A stretch of DNA of 25,000 nt from Takakia lepidozioides (lineage: Eukaryota; Plantae; Bryophyta), in assembly GCA_030704615.1 (NCBI GenBank), contig JAKLZA010000037.1, forward strand, positions 1 to 25,000. The letters are read 5' to 3'. Below are positions 23,968 to 25,000 of the stretch, in pieces. Below the pieces are notes generated by a model that was given only the letters and a program-made list of their open reading frames with translations, ran no database searches and was not told the origin of the DNA. Both the position numbers and the translations under genes were made by a program. The stretch's first letter is position 1. Every line of letters begins with the position of its first letter.

Positions 23968-24753
23968 TTAAACGATCGCAGATCAATCATACTGAATCAA
24001 AAATATGATTCAGCAGAACTTGTCCTCGAGTTTGCTAAGTTGATGAAGTAATGTGCTCGAGATGTAAACGAACATTTTAGCCCAATTCTTATGTTGCCGA
24101 TTGGCTTGTCCTCAACATCAGTCGGCCTTACTAAGTTGTCACATTACCTTGCCTGAAAATGCACCTGATTACAGACTCGCTATAACAGCTTTTCTGACAT
24201 ATTCATTTCAAGATTATCCCTGCATAGCCCACCACAGTAAAAAAGTACCTAAGGTCCAGGCTGGAGAAGCCTGGTTGGGTAGAGTCCTCGCCCTCCTCTC
24301 ATGGCGGTGGTCCAAGGGCCATTCAAGTGGTGGTGGAGCCTTCCACAAACCTGGTCAGCTCCTCCACCACTTCACACCTAACCCTACTTGGAAAGTGGGT
24401 CCCACCGCCATGTTTGCTACTTCCCTCCTTCACACATGACCTCAAAATGAGCCATTCCTACTCCCTACTGTCTGACCCCATTGCCTGCTCCATTGCTCTC
24501 CCTCTTTTCTGACCAGAGTAACCCCCCATAAGTTGGGATCCTTATCCCCTCATTGACATTTGAATGGTTCAGGTTCCACATTTACATTTTTAAAGGGGCC
24601 CTACTTGCAGAGTCACCAAAGTAAAATGGAGGCGGAGGAAACCCTCTGGAGCGTAGCCCTCACACTCTTTATATACTATCCCAGAAGGGGCCTATCGCCT
24701 CATCCCCATCGCCTCATCCTAAGTCTCTGGAATTCTTCGGAAAGCTCCAAGGA

Positions 24754-24997
24754 CTAGGTAACCGGCGAGAAGCCACGGGTTACCGGACATAACCGGGTTT
24801 TGGAAACATCGAGAGTGACAGTCATCCATGCGCCAGGTTATCGATTCCACCATCGAATGGGATGGTGGCTTGCTACTTTGTAGGTAGGTAGGTAGGTAAT
24901 CAGTACCAAATCTTTTGAGGGTCGCAGGTTACTGCCTGTATCCAGTGAGCCAGTAGTAGTAGGCCCCTACTCGAGATGTTTCGAAAAACCGGTTATG
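24754..24997. mobile_element. Foldback (MITE-like) element with 29-bp inverted repeats, adjacent to a Helitron-like 3' end, inside the OPR intron
   Basis: cataaccgggttttggaaacatcgagagt (24788-24816) versus the reverse complement of 24969-24997 (cataaccggtttttcgaaacatctcgagt): 4 mismatches in 29. Internal (GTAG)n at 24880-24898. On the - strand a GC hairpin is followed by CTAG|T at 24757-24753. Confidence 0.5.
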
Positions 24998-25000
24998 GAT

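Overview
Eukaryotic, intron-containing land-plant nuclear DNA, gene-dense (about 7 loci in 25 kb). The protein divergence and repeat style suggest a seed-free plant, probably a fern (inference). In order: a complete 5-exon caleosin/peroxygenase (-); a multi-exon chloroplast cytochrome c6A (-) whose mature-protein exons are all missed by the ORF track; a head-to-head 4x CCHC zinc-knuckle gene (+); an accessory stretch with an orphan VPS4/SKD1 exon and short duplications; a frameshifted, 3'-truncated alliinase/TAR3-4-like pseudogene (+); intronless WTF1 (PORR domain) (+); a 5'-truncated LINE (-); a short BAP29/31-like ER protein (-); and the 3' part of an OPR3-like 12-oxophytodienoate reductase (-), whose upstream intron holds foldback/Helitron-like sequence. 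I see no clear novel multi-gene system. The most unusual signals are the cytochrome c6A with two extra cysteines (heme motif CSCCH), the OPR with a mixed Tyr/His substrate-filter signature and no PTS1, the captured SKD1 exon, and the very short divergent promoter. All exon models were read by hand from GT-AG sites and recalled homology; no searches were run.
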